Below, piece after piece: positions 38,898 to 50,929 of a stretch of 64,000 nucleotides of DNA. The position numbers were made by a program, and so were the translations under genes. This DNA is from Octopus vulgaris. Lineage: Eukaryota. The number at the start of each line of letters is the position of its first letter. The stretch's first letter is position 1. Location: positions 12,400,001 through 12,464,000 of the forward strand of contig OX597828.1 of NCBI GenBank assembly GCA_951406725.2. Direction: 5' to 3'. The notes beneath the pieces were generated by a model that saw nothing but the letters and a program-made list of their open reading frames with translations, had not been told where the DNA came from and searched no databases.

Positions 38898-39098
38898 TTG
38901 TATGTCTGCGTTTGTCCACCCAACATTGCTTGACAACCGATGCTGGTGTGTTTACGTCCCGTAACTTAGCGGTTCGGCAAAAGATACCGATAGAATAAGT
39001 ACTAGGCTTACAAAGAATAAGTCCTGGGGTTGATTTGTTCACTAAAGGTGGTGCTCCAGCATGGCCACAGTCAAATGACTGAAACAAGTAAAAGAGTA
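38668..39098 (+). mobile_element. SINE family A copy
   Basis: Full-length match. Confidence 0.88.
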
Positions 39099-39905
39099 AT
39101 ACTTTTTTATAATATTTGGCACAAAGCCAACAAGGTTGAGGGGATGGAGGGGTCGATTTCATCGATGCCATCGCACAACTGGTACCAATTTTATCGACTT
39201 TGGAAGGATGAAAGGCAAAGTTGACCTGGGCAGCATTTGAACTTGGAACGTAAAGCCGGGGCCGGAAGAAAGGTTGCTTAATATTTTGTCCGGCGTGCTA
39301 ACAATTCTGCCATGTAATTGCTAACCGAATGCAACAGTTTTTATCTCACTTTGGCAATCATGATAAAAGATAGAGAGACAATATTTGTGTCATATCACAA
39401 ATTACTAATCTAATTTTTAACTATAAAGTAATGGACATTAAAAACAATAATCACGTGATGAAACACATTAGAGATTGCTAGGATATATGTTACAAATTAA
39501 CATATAAAATGATATATGAAACGAACCCCAGGAGATATACCGTTGTATCTGATGCATTATAGTGTGCTAAAATAATCTTAACATATTTTGCTTATTAGTA
39601 CAAAAGCAAGGCTGGCGTAGGAAACACATACACTAAGCGCATTCATATCGGTTTCAAATTTTGCCACAAGGCCGGTAAGTTCAAGGGAGAGAGTAAGTCG
39701 ATCACATCGGCCTCAGTGCACAGCTGGTACTTATTGTATCGACCCCGAATGGATGAAAGACAAAGTCAACCTCGACGGAATTTGAACTCAAAACATAAAA
39801 ACGGACGAAATGCTGTTCCGCATTTTTAACCGGCATGCAAATGATTATGATAGCTCGCCACCCTAGTAAACGCATTCATATTAAATGTTTGCTTAAACAC
39901 TTACC

Positions 39906-40115
39906 GTGGTGCGCGATTATGGTTTCGATTCCTGGACCGGGCGACGCGTTGTGTTCTTGAGCAAAACACTTCATTTCACGATGATCCAGTCCACTCAGCT
40001 GGCAAAAATGAGTAACGCTGCGATGGACTCGCGTCCCGTCCAGCTGAGGAACACATACGCCACTGAAACCGAGAAACTGGGCCCACGAGCCTGGCCAGGC
40101 TTTAAAAGGGCGCAT
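39906..40115 (+). mobile_element. SINE family D copy directly abutting a family C copy
   Basis: ggtttcgattcctggaccgggcgacgcgttgtgttcttgagcaaaacacttcatttcacg...aaaagggcgcat, immediately followed by the C head. Confidence 0.8.
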
Positions 40116-40116
40116 T

Positions 40117-40425
40117 TGTGGAGACGCAATGGTCCAGTGGTTAGGGCAGCGGACTCGCGGTTGGAGGATCACGGTTTCGATTCCCAGACCGGACGTTGTG
40201 TGTGTTTATTGAGCGAAAACACCTAAAGGCTCCACGAGGCTCCGGCAGTGGGTGGTGGCGACCCCTGTTATACTCTTTCGCCACAACTTTTTCTCACTCT
40301 CTCTTCCTGTATCTTGAGTAACTCTGCGATGGACTGGCGTCCCGTCCAGCTGGGGGGGAACACATACGCCACAGAAACCGGGAAACCGGGCCCATGAGTC
40401 TGGCTAGGCTTGAAAAGGGTGACGT
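40117..40425 (+). mobile_element. tRNA-derived SINE family C, full length
   Basis: A/B-box head followed by the 3' module ctgcgatggactggcgtcccgtccag...cagaaaccgggaaaccggg. Other copies at 55640-55910 (-) and a 3' fragment at 19500-19578 (+). Confidence 0.85.
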
Positions 40426-41199
40426 TTATCGCTTATCGTTAAACACTTACCACTCACACCATTTAACTGTCGCGTGTTCGCGTGCTTGCTTACTAAATGC
40501 ATGCATACTATCCTCTTCTACCCTAAACGGTGATACATAATACTAATCACTCACATATGGCAGAAACACTTGCGTATTAGACACTCACATACTAAGCGCT
40601 TACATCCTAAACATGTACATACAAACTGCTTACATATGAAACTGATACTGAACATTTATACACTTATTATATACTAATTAAGCCATCAAGAGAGTTTCCA
40701 CGCGGTTGCTCGATCTGCTAGAAATAAGAGCCAAATCTCCCTCCAATTACATCGTATCGATTCGAAAAGTGAGAACACTTTGAACGTCATAGTCCTAGAT
40801 ATATTGTGACCGACAAAACGATGGAAAACCATTGATCACCTATTGGCTCGATGAGGTTAAACTTAGAACAACAGAAATACATAATAAATTGCAAATTAAA
40901 CACTTAAATACGAGACAGTTACTAAAAACATGACATTGTTGTCACTTAGAAACGTGTCTGATTCGGTTACAGGTGTCATTTTTTCACAAAATGTTATATA
41001 TAGAGAGAGAGATACACACACCCAGAGACAAAGAGACAGACAGACAGGGAGAATTAATATAGACAGCAGTGTGGATTGTTTTACCAAAAAGAAAACCTAC
41101 AATTGTCACTAAATATGACTAGGGTTTAGAGACAGCTGCATTGTTAGAAATAAGAGTTAAATTGCTCTAATTCTGCTATCAAAGCACATAATAAATGTT

Positions 41200-41435
41200 C
41201 CTTCTCGAGCCATGCCAGGATCATAAGGGCTGGTTTCCTTATGAAATTCCCCACCTGGACGGGACGCCAGTCCATCGCAGCGTTACTCATTTTTGCCAGC
41301 TGGGTGGATTGGAGCAACGTGAAATGAAGTGTTTTGCTGAAAGAACACAACGCATCGCCCGGTCCAGGAATCGAAACCACAACCTTACGATCATGGTGGT
41401 GACACCCTAACCACTAAGCCACGCGCCTCCACGTC
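41200..41435 (-). mobile_element. tRNA-derived SINE family D (different head and middle, same 3' module as C)
   Basis: Shares gagtaacgctgcgatggactggcgtcccgtccag with family C. Other copies at 39906-40115 (+) and a degraded one at about 25450-25690 (-). Confidence 0.8.
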
Positions 41436-41952
41436 AATATATATACATACATACACACACACACATACATATACATATACATACACACACACTGACAGAG
41501 ACTGATCGCCCGAAAACACCGATCGAGAATTCCTTCTACTGACCGGTCAGTTTCGGCAATTTCCGTTCTTGTGTTTCGATATATATCGAAACACGGCACA
41601 CATATAAAACTATAAATAATAGCATGTAAATATTAGTTAGAAAACTCATTGGGATGAAAAAAAAAAACAGTCGAAGACTGCCAGTGGGAATCGAACCCAC
41701 ATTATCTGCTTAGCAGCATTTCTTCCGCCTCTTTACGTTCTAAGAGCAAACTCCACCGGGATTAGCTTTGCCTTTCATCCTTCTACTAAAGTTCTCACCC
41801 GCCTAGAACTATAGTAAAAGACACTCTTGCCGACGGTGTCACTCAGTGAGATTGAACCCGGAACCATGTGGTTAGGAGGCGAAACTTTTACCACACAGCC
41901 ATACCATGGCGGTCGACTTACATGGAGAATGCATTTTATATATACGTATATA

Positions 41953-42358
41953 GGCGCAGTAGTGGGTGTGTGGTAAGTAGCTTGTTTACCAACCACATGG
42001 TTCCGGGTTCAGTCCCACTGCGTGGCACCTTGGGCAAGTGTCTTCTACTATAGTCTCGGGCTGACCAAAGCCTTGTGAGTGGATTTGGTAGACGGAAAAC
42101 TGAAAGAAGCCCGTCGTATATATATATATATATGTGTGTGCGTGAATGTTTGTGTGTCTTTGTTTGTCCCCCTAGCATTGCTTGACAACCGATGCTGGTG
42201 TGTTTATGTCCCCGTAACTTAGCGGTTCGGCAAAAGAGACCGCTAGAATAAGTACTGGGCTTACAAAGAGTAAGTCCCGGGGTCGAGTTGCTCGATTAAA
42301 GGCGGTGCTCCAGCATGGCCGCAGTCAAATGACTGAAACAAGTAAATGAGTAAAAGAG
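41953..42358 (+). mobile_element. SINE family A copy
   Basis: Head ggcgcagtagtgggtgtgtggtaag...ggttccgggttcagtccc with Pol III A/B boxes; full-length. Confidence 0.9.
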
Positions 42359-43307
42359 AGTATATATATATATACACACACACATGTATGTATGTATGTA
42401 TGTATGTATGTATGTATGTATGTATGTATGTATGTATGTATGTATTATGTATGGTATGTATGTATGCATGTATGTATATATGCATGTGCGTGTGTTGTAC
42501 TTGCAGAAAATAGAACAAACATTTTCAAATTAACATGGCTGCTGATTAATTACGAAATATAAATAAATTCAACCTGTCTAAAAAGAAAGGCGTTCGTCCT
42601 AGGACGCTCTGCTTGCTTAACACGATAACGCGATAGCTTTCATTGTAATATGTCATATCATGTACACACATACATATACACACATACACACACACATGCT
42701 GCTTTAAAAGTGTGGGCAACATACATAATTATAACAATCTCTCTCTCTCTCTGTCATACACACACACACACACATATATATATATATGTATATCGCGCAC
42801 GCACACAGACGCATTCCCTCTAGCTCTGTCTCTCACTATCTCTCTCTCTCTCTCTCTCTCTCCTCCTTTTCTCCTCTATCTCTCTTCCACTCTTTATCGC
42901 TGACTAGTTTTGGATACTCGTCCATCAAATAAAATCTCTCTCCCTTTCTCCCTTCCCTATCACTCGGTTTCGCTCTCTCTCTCTCTCACTCTCACTCTCT
43001 CGCCCTGTCTTTCACGCTGACTACCTCTCCTCCTCTCTCTCTTTCTCCCTCTCTCTCTCTCTCTCTCTCTTTCTCCCTCTCTCACTCTCCCTTTCTCCCT
43101 CTATCTCTCTCTAATTCTTAAGACAACTATTCATTGTAATATGCAATTCATCTGCTGCAACTTAAACGGTGTGAGCACGACTGCATACACACACACAAAC
43201 ACACACACACACACACACACACATACACCTATATTGTATAAAAGAAACACTCTCCAGTCCCCTTCCACCCTCTCTCATGTTCCCCCACTCTCTTTCTCTC
43301 ATTCCCC

Positions 43308-43340
<33 letters not shown>

Positions 43341-43636
43341 CATCCTGCTTCTTTAGCTCAACAATAAGTTTAATACATTAAAGATTCGGTATTTGAGCGT
43401 CTCATTAAAAACTCGTATCTTATCTAAAATCACGAATAATAATAATATTACACACTAATTCATTATCTAAATTCATCACAACATAACCATTAATTCTTTG
43501 CTTTTTAATTCAATTTATTTTTAGTATTTGCCTTGACATGGCTATAATATCGATTTTTTAACACAGACAAATACAGTACTTCAAATTTGGAGTAGATTAT
43601 ATCGACCCTAGTACATGAAACGTACTTCAGTATGTC

Positions 43637-43863
43637 TATGAGGGGGGGGGGGTGCTGATAAGTTCTTGGATTTGGGTAAAAGAAAATACTGGAAGATCAG
43701 TTAATTATGATTTTATCCAGCATATTCTCCTCTCAGATTCGCACACTTATTGCAGCGGTCCGTCAGTTTTTCGAAGGCCTGTTATAGAATTCGGAAGGTT
43801 GGACCTTCAACCAGGCGTTTCGTGATACCCTTAAAACCAGAAACATTTTAGCACCCTCTTGTG
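43637..43863 (-). mobile_element. Mariner-derived MITE, copy 2
   Basis: Reverse-complement homologue of 11670-11889 (shared cagttaattatgattttat and cacacttattgcagc). Confidence 0.8.
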
Positions 43864-44230
43864 TGTGTATATATATATATATATATCAGCCGAAATTGCT
43901 TCGATGATCCGGTTCTTGACTGTTTTTTGTATCGTCTTCTAAATGTTTTACGTTCTTGTCCCAGTTTGTATTTTTCTACATATAATAATATATATATATA
44001 TATAATTTTAAAATAGGATAAAATCTTCATAAGAATTTATTAAGTAGTTAGCGTGAAAAAACCTCAGAAGAGAAAAAAATCCACCAATTTTTTCACTTAA
44101 ATATATTTATTTATATTATATAGAGGGCATTATTACACATAAATGCCACACGCTAGGTAGGACTCTGAAAGTCAAAACTACTAAAATGAATAAACATATC
44201 GCACCGAATGCAACTCTCGAAGCAAGACAT

Positions 44231-44374
<144 letters not shown>

Positions 44375-44516
44375 ATACAAACTGGGACAAGAACGCAAAA
44401 CATTTAGAAGACGATACAAAAAACACGGACGGGAGGGACATTCGAAGCCTTCAATCTTCAGTCAAGAGCCGGATCATCCTCGCAATTTCGGCTGATTAAT
44501 CTTGAATATATATATA

Positions 44517-44737
44517 TACAATGGGACGCTGAAAAGTTTTGGGCTTTGAGTCAAAGAAAATATAGGAGGCTCAGTTAATTATCATTCTATTCAATATATC
44601 CGCCTCTCAGATTCACATACTTATTGCAGCAGTCCTTCAGCTTTTCGAAGCCTTGTAAAAGAGTTCAGAATGCTAGGCCTCCAACCAGACATTTCATGAT
44701 ACTCTTAAATCCAGGAAATTTTCAGCATCCCCTCTTA
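44517..44737 (-). mobile_element. Mariner-derived MITE, copy 3
   Basis: Same family and orientation as 43637-43863. TIRs gctgaaaagttt / ccaggaaattttcagc. Confidence 0.78.
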
Positions 44738-45084
44738 CCTTTAGAAAAAGGAAAAACAAAATTCGACCACGGTAAGATTTGAGCTCAGAACATAAAGGTC
44801 TGTAATGCATCAAGATATTTAGTTCCATGCTCTAACGATTCTGCCAACCTGTTTTTATTTCTCGCAATGATATAAGGACTAAATGTTTGTAGGGGACAGT
44901 CGGTTATATTCCTACACCTCTCCCAAAACTTGTCTAGAGTTTTAATTTTTCACTCCCATATAGAGAGAAAACAAGTAGACATCAATGATATTTGGACAGA
45001 AAAACATAAAAAGAAATTATAGCAATAACAAAATGCCAGAGTGTATTTTTATGGTTAATTCCCAATTATTGGTTATCTCTTCCT

Positions 45085-45308
45085 CTTTACTCTTTTACTT
45101 GTTTCAGTCATTTGGCTGTGGCCATGCTGGAGCACCGCCTTTTTAGTCGAACAAATCGACTCCAGGACTTATTTTTTGTAAGCCTAGTACTTATTCTATT
45201 GGTCTTTTTCGCCGAACCGCTAATTTACGGGAACGCAAACACACCAGCATCGGTTGTCAAGCGATGGTGGGGGGACAAACACAGACACACAAACATATAC
45301 AAACACAT

Positions 45309-45357
<49 letters not shown>

Positions 45358-45500
45358 TACGACGGGCTTCTTTCAGTTTCCATCTACCAAATCCACTCAC
45401 AAATCTTTGGTCGGCCCGAGGCTATAGTAGAAGACACTTGCCCAAGGTACCGCGCAGTGGGACTGAACCCGAACCATGTGGCTGCTAAGCAAGCTACTTA
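45085..45500 (-). mobile_element. SINE family A copy
   Basis: Reverse-complement match, slightly 5'-truncated. Confidence 0.86.
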
Positions 45501-46164
45501 TCAAAACCTTGGTTATATTTTCAACCCTCTTCTTTCAAACTGAGGCAAGCAGGCAAAATTGTCAACACTCCGTGCAACCTACTGTATCTTCTGTCTTTCT
45601 TGGGAAAGCGTCTTCGATGTAAGCATCCAAGGGATTCTTTAATCCTGCTTTTGATTTCAGTTATTTGATTGTGATTATGTGGGGCATCATCTTCAAGGTT
45701 TTCTATACTTTTTATTTATATCTTATTTCATTATTTACTTATTTTTGTCAAGTACATCAATCCCAGTTTCTTAGTTTGCTGTCCGCTTTCTCAAACTCGT
45801 TGGAAGGGAAATCAGAGCTAATCCTGAGAGTAAGGGACTTTGTCGAAAATGGTTGGATTTTGAACATAGTCTTTCTACCATAGCATTGTGCGATTAGATG
45901 ATATAGTAAAAAAAAGTACTAGTCCAAGATGATTGTATTAATATGTGCGTATGGGTTGAGGTTGATTTCGATAGAATACATACCTGTTGTTTAATCTTTA
46001 CTGCTTTTAACTTGGTACGTTACAATATCAGAGAGATTTCAATTACTATTTCTAACACGTCAGGCGGAACTCTGAAGAGTACGCGGGTGTTCTGTCATAC
46101 CTGTCCACCCATTCTTTTAAACTAGTATTAAATTTAACTGTTTGCAATAGAAAGTTCTCTCTTT

Positions 46165-46212
<48 letters not shown>

Positions 46213-46772
46213 GACATACATTTAAAATTTTTTTTTAATTTAAGAGAAAGTGGACATCTATGGACCATTGATGGGAGATTAGCAAAGCCAGTACCCAAAA
46301 TACACTTCCAGCTGCATACCTATTACTATTGGAGAAATAGGAGACATACCAACCCATCTGGAGCAATGTATTACTGAACTTGGGATTTTGGGGAGAGAAC
46401 GCCCATCCTTAATTCACACGCTACAAATAATCGCAGTGTCTTAGATTATAAAAATCTGCAAGACCTTAAGATTTAAAGGATGATCGTTAAATCAAAACAT
46501 TTTCCTTCACAACCTTGCTACCAAGTATGCGGCTGGTCAAAATTCACTCTGAATTAATAAGAGAAATAGAATATACATACATATTATTTATGAGTAGCCA
46601 ACACCTTTATGATTGCATTCAATATTTGTGATTTACTCATTCTCAACCGAGAACATGACAAGCAAATGATTTTGTAAGCTTTTAGCATCATAGCAAGAAA
46701 TCATCCTTTCACCTCTACCTTACGAAGGACTGTATTTAATATAGTAACAGTAATCGCTTATTCTTACGCCTA

Positions 46773-46865
<93 letters not shown>

Positions 46866-46937
46866 AATGTGACCGCGTGTGTACCGTTGGCGATTTTTTT
46901 CCTCCGTCTTCCCTTCTTTGGATCTTTCTTTTTCCTA

Positions 46938-46974
46938 TGTTTCTGACGAAGAGCTCCGCTCGAAGCGTTAACAC
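46938..46974 (+). ncRNA. Minimal Penelope-type hammerhead motif with one core mutation
   Basis: uguuu-CUGACGA-a-gagc(ucc)gcuc-GAAG-CGUUA-acac; GAAA is changed to GAAG. It lies in a roughly 215-bp unit (46861-47075) bounded by (TA)n. Confidence 0.6.
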
Positions 46975-47071
46975 CCCCCTTCTTTCCTTCTTTCCTAAGC
47001 GTCCCATAATACTATACTTGTTCCACGTCCTCGCGTTGTTGTGATTTCTCTTTGTGTTTTTATGTTTGGAT

Positions 47072-47107
<36 letters not shown>

Positions 47108-47397
47108 CACTCACACATATGTATGTGTGTATACACATACATACATACATGTATGTGTGTGTCAGACTATGTCTGTGTTTATGTATGTATACATGCATAT
47201 ATTTATATACATATATCATCATCCTTTCACATGTTCAATCCACTGCTTGATGAAGACCTTAGTATGTTCTCTCCCCCAACCACTGTCTGATGGTTTCCTT
47301 GTCCATGTTTGGGGTCCAAGAATTTAACAGTTTTCATTCCAACTTTTGCATGGTCTGCGCGTAATTATATAAACTTTGTATGTATGAATGTATGTTT

Positions 47398-47960
47398 CCA
47401 AAAAAACTCTTTTATGGAGAGTTAGCTAAAGGAGAACGAGCGCCACATAAACCAAAAAAAGAGGTATAAGGACTTGCTGAAGGTTTCCTTAAGAGATGCT
47501 AGCATCTCTCCTGACACATGGGAAGGCATAGCTATTGATCGTAGCAGGTGGAGAATGATTGTGCACGAGGAGACAGCCACTTTTGAGAAATCTCGAGTTG
47601 CACATGAGAAAGTAAGGAGGGATGCCAGGAAGGGCATCGCTGTTACAGTTCCAGATGGGAAGGGTCTTCCTTTGATGCTGACATGCAGTGTCTGTACAAT
47701 ACCCTGCCTCAGTAAAGCTGGACTCAAGAGTCATCTTCGTAGTCATAAAGCGAGACAGATGAGTGACAACCCGGCCACTGGTGGTGGTGTAACACACCAT
47801 ACTAATAATATCTGTCGGGCATGTGGAAGAGAGTGTAATTCGGCAGGAGGACTTAAACGACATGCAAAGGTACATGAAACCCAGTTACAACTACAGCCAT
47901 CATGTATGTTTCTAACCTAGATCCAAGGCTCCTTCATCGGAATTTCAACATCATCAACAC
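47398..47960 (+). mobile_element. 3' end of an RTE-clade LINE with two C2H2 zinc fingers
   Basis: PKKLFYGELAKGER...PKKRYKD(frameshift)LLKVSL...WEGIAIDRSRWR is the canonical RTE/BovB-type C-terminus. It is followed by CSVC...GLKSHLRSH and CRAC...GGLKRHAKVH. Confidence 0.85.
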
Positions 47961-48966
47961 AGTATTTTTGCATGTATGTGTGCATATGTGCAGTATTTAG
48001 AGTCAGTGCATTCGCAGATTTGTATGGTTTCTTCAATGTATGTATTCTTATACATATAGTTGCAAGTGTAAATATGCGTATATATATATTTAAATGATAA
48101 GTTTTACACATATTTACAGTTCCAGTGATGACTCGGATCTGTTGTCTTCGAATCAACTTCCTGCTTTTGATAAGCCTAATTTCTCAAGATTGTTATTTAG
48201 GCAGTGTGTTACACATCCCAGCATCTCAATAATTATTGGCGTGAACCTGAACTTGTAGCCTGTGTAGAGTAACCGCAAATATCTCAGTAGTTCAGCGTAT
48301 GTATGTACACCAAATAATATTAAATCAAAGAGAACAGATCTGAGTATCTTGTCAGTGTTAAATAAATTCAAGGAAATAGATTAAAACAACACAGAAATAA
48401 CGGGGGAAAATTTTTTAATGTATTACTTTCACGCAGGAGTAAAAAAAAAAAGAAAAAAAGTCGAGGAATATTTTATGTTTCGTATAATTTCTTCTTCTTC
48501 GGCGACAAAAATGTAGCGGAGACACTTTTATGTTAAAGAACACAACATGATATTTAACCAATATATTTAACTCTTTCTTCACTTTTTCTAAGATTTTTGT
48601 GAGGAAAATCAAACAGTGTGAAACTTAAATCATTATTTGACTTCTTTAATCATTGTAGCGTGGAAGGTAATTTCTATGTCAGTTTTATATTTCCGTCATT
48701 CGTTTGTTTGTGTTGTTTTTAGTATAAATGTTTATGTGGTCTGCTGTATTTATATACATATATGCACACATGAGTACGCATATATATGCGCATAGTTGTG
48801 CACACATATTTTTATGTGTCTGTACATGAGTATAATTTATGTGCGCATGCGTGTTTGCATATGAGTATGGCTGCATATGTGTGAGTACATATAGTGGTGT
48901 ATTTATATATGTATGTATATGTGTATATGTAAGTATATAAAATCGCACAAATACACATAGTGGGGA

Positions 48967-49018
<52 letters not shown>

Positions 49019-49227
49019 TGGGCCGTAGGTCAGCGGCACAGTTATCCTGTTGCGCTAGGTTCGGTTCTGTGCAGTATCTGTTTTGTACATATGCATATAA
49101 AATATCGGGTATATATGTGTGTGTGCGCGCGCGTCTGTGTTTATATATCTACATCTTATATGTACACATATATGTATATATGACTGTGCGTATGCAAAAC
49201 CATGTTTATGCCTGCTGTGTGTGCATG

Positions 49228-49281
<54 letters not shown>

Positions 49282-49395
49282 ATTCAGTAGAATTAGGTAC
49301 TTAAGTTGAGGCACCAAGTCAGTCCGGTATTGTCCGCACAGCTCGAAGTTAGGTGAATAAAAAGCAAATAAGTAGAAAGAATGTCCAGGTATCAG

Positions 49396-49482
49396 TGCAT
49401 TACGGACGTTTCAAGCGGCTCTATTTAATCGATCAACGCAAACATTACATCACTTTGAAATAAACCGTTCTCCTCAGTTGCA
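49396..49482 (-). ncRNA. Type I hammerhead ribozyme motif with apparently intact core
   Basis: Minus strand: ugca-a-CUGAGGA-gaacgguuuauuu...aaauagagccgcuu-GAAAC-gucc-GUA-a-ugca. All three helices can be drawn. Confidence 0.65.
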
Positions 49483-49649
49483 TACGACCATATAGATTTC
49501 CAACATAAAGGATACACCATAACAATTTTTCATCAGTACGAGGAACTAAAATAATTACAATGCTTCTTTTTGTTATTATTGTAGCAGAATGAATTTAGGA
49601 TAAAAATACCTAAAGCCTACTATAATTTAGAGCGGCAGAAGAAAATAAG

Positions 49650-49863
49650 TTTTTCTTTACTACCCACATGGTGCTAAACACAGAGGGGACAAACAAGGAC
49701 ATATATCGACCCCAGTGCGTAACTGGTACTTAATTTATCGACCCCGAAAGGATGAAAGGCAAAGTCGACCTCGGCGGAATTTGAACTCGGAACGTAACGA
49801 CAGACGTAATACGGCTACGCATTTCGCCCGGCGTGCTAACGTTTCTGCCAGCTCGCCGCCTTA
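49650..49863 (-). mobile_element. SINE family B copy
   Basis: Reverse complement of 56868-57097. Confidence 0.87.
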
Positions 49864-50626
49864 GAAGAAAATAATGGCGGTCAAGAAAGAGGAATGATAA
49901 TATAGCTATATTCATGTTTATTCTTATCACATTCAAAAGACCCAATGCAGCAAGTAGTTTACATCCCCTTAGGTTTAAAACCACTGGGAATTGACAGTTA
50001 ATTTCTTGCCGTTGGTGATAAATTCATTAATGTCAGGCACTCCTCCCTACCCCTATTTTACTGTGACCATAAAATCAGCCATATCTACAAAAAAAAGAAT
50101 ATATCTTAGAAGATGCTAGCAAGATAATGATATATAGAGACGAGGCGATAACCAGAAGGAGGAAGGGCGTAGGTAATTTAACATATGATTATCAACTAAA
50201 AGAGGCCGAAAATGGAAAGCAAAGGAGGCCACAATGAGATTTAAGTGTAGGAATTAAAAGTACGGGGAAAATGTGCAACCAAACTTAGCAAAATTTGTAA
50301 TGCACGTGTGTGTGTGGGGGGGTGTATGTGTGTGTGTGTGTGTGTGTGTGAAATGATAATTGATTAAATAACCAGCAGATGGATATGGTAATATATATAT
50401 TTATATGTATGTATACACCCATACATACATACGTATATATACATATGCCTATATCGTATTTTGAAGCGTAAAAGACCTACTTTTTTGTTTAAAAGTACAA
50501 CTTGAAAATTATCATGTAGCTTCGATGAAGCAGCATCTATCATGCGGCAAAATGCGCTGTTTTTGTCTATGCATATATAAGCACGTATATGAAATGTAAG
50601 CATATGTGTGTATGCATGTATATGAT

Positions 50627-50661
<35 letters not shown>

Positions 50662-50824
50662 ATAAATGGAACAAAAACGCTATAGAAGACATTAAAACAT
50701 TCGGACAGATAGACGATACGAAGGCAGACAAGAGAAACGTCAATTAGGACAGGCACAAAAAACGGGTCATTCGTGGCTTTCTTTCCTCAGTCAAGTTCCA
50801 GAAGTCACGACCATTTTGGGCAGT

Positions 50825-50856
<32 letters not shown>

Positions 50857-50929
50857 CATATATATATGCATATATATATATGTGTGTGTGTGTGTGTGGT
50901 TTTGCATACACACAGTTATATATACACCA

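Noticed and set aside
41678-41718. tRNA-like T-arm on the - strand (gtgggttcgattcccactggcag)
   Set aside because: No D-arm or 5' acceptor strand, so it is a fragment only. SINE heads were likewise not called as tRNA genes.
47474-47920. Host C2H2 zinc-finger gene
   Set aside because: Upstream residues are unmistakably an RTE ORF2 C-terminus with a frameshift, and there are no TGEKP linkers.
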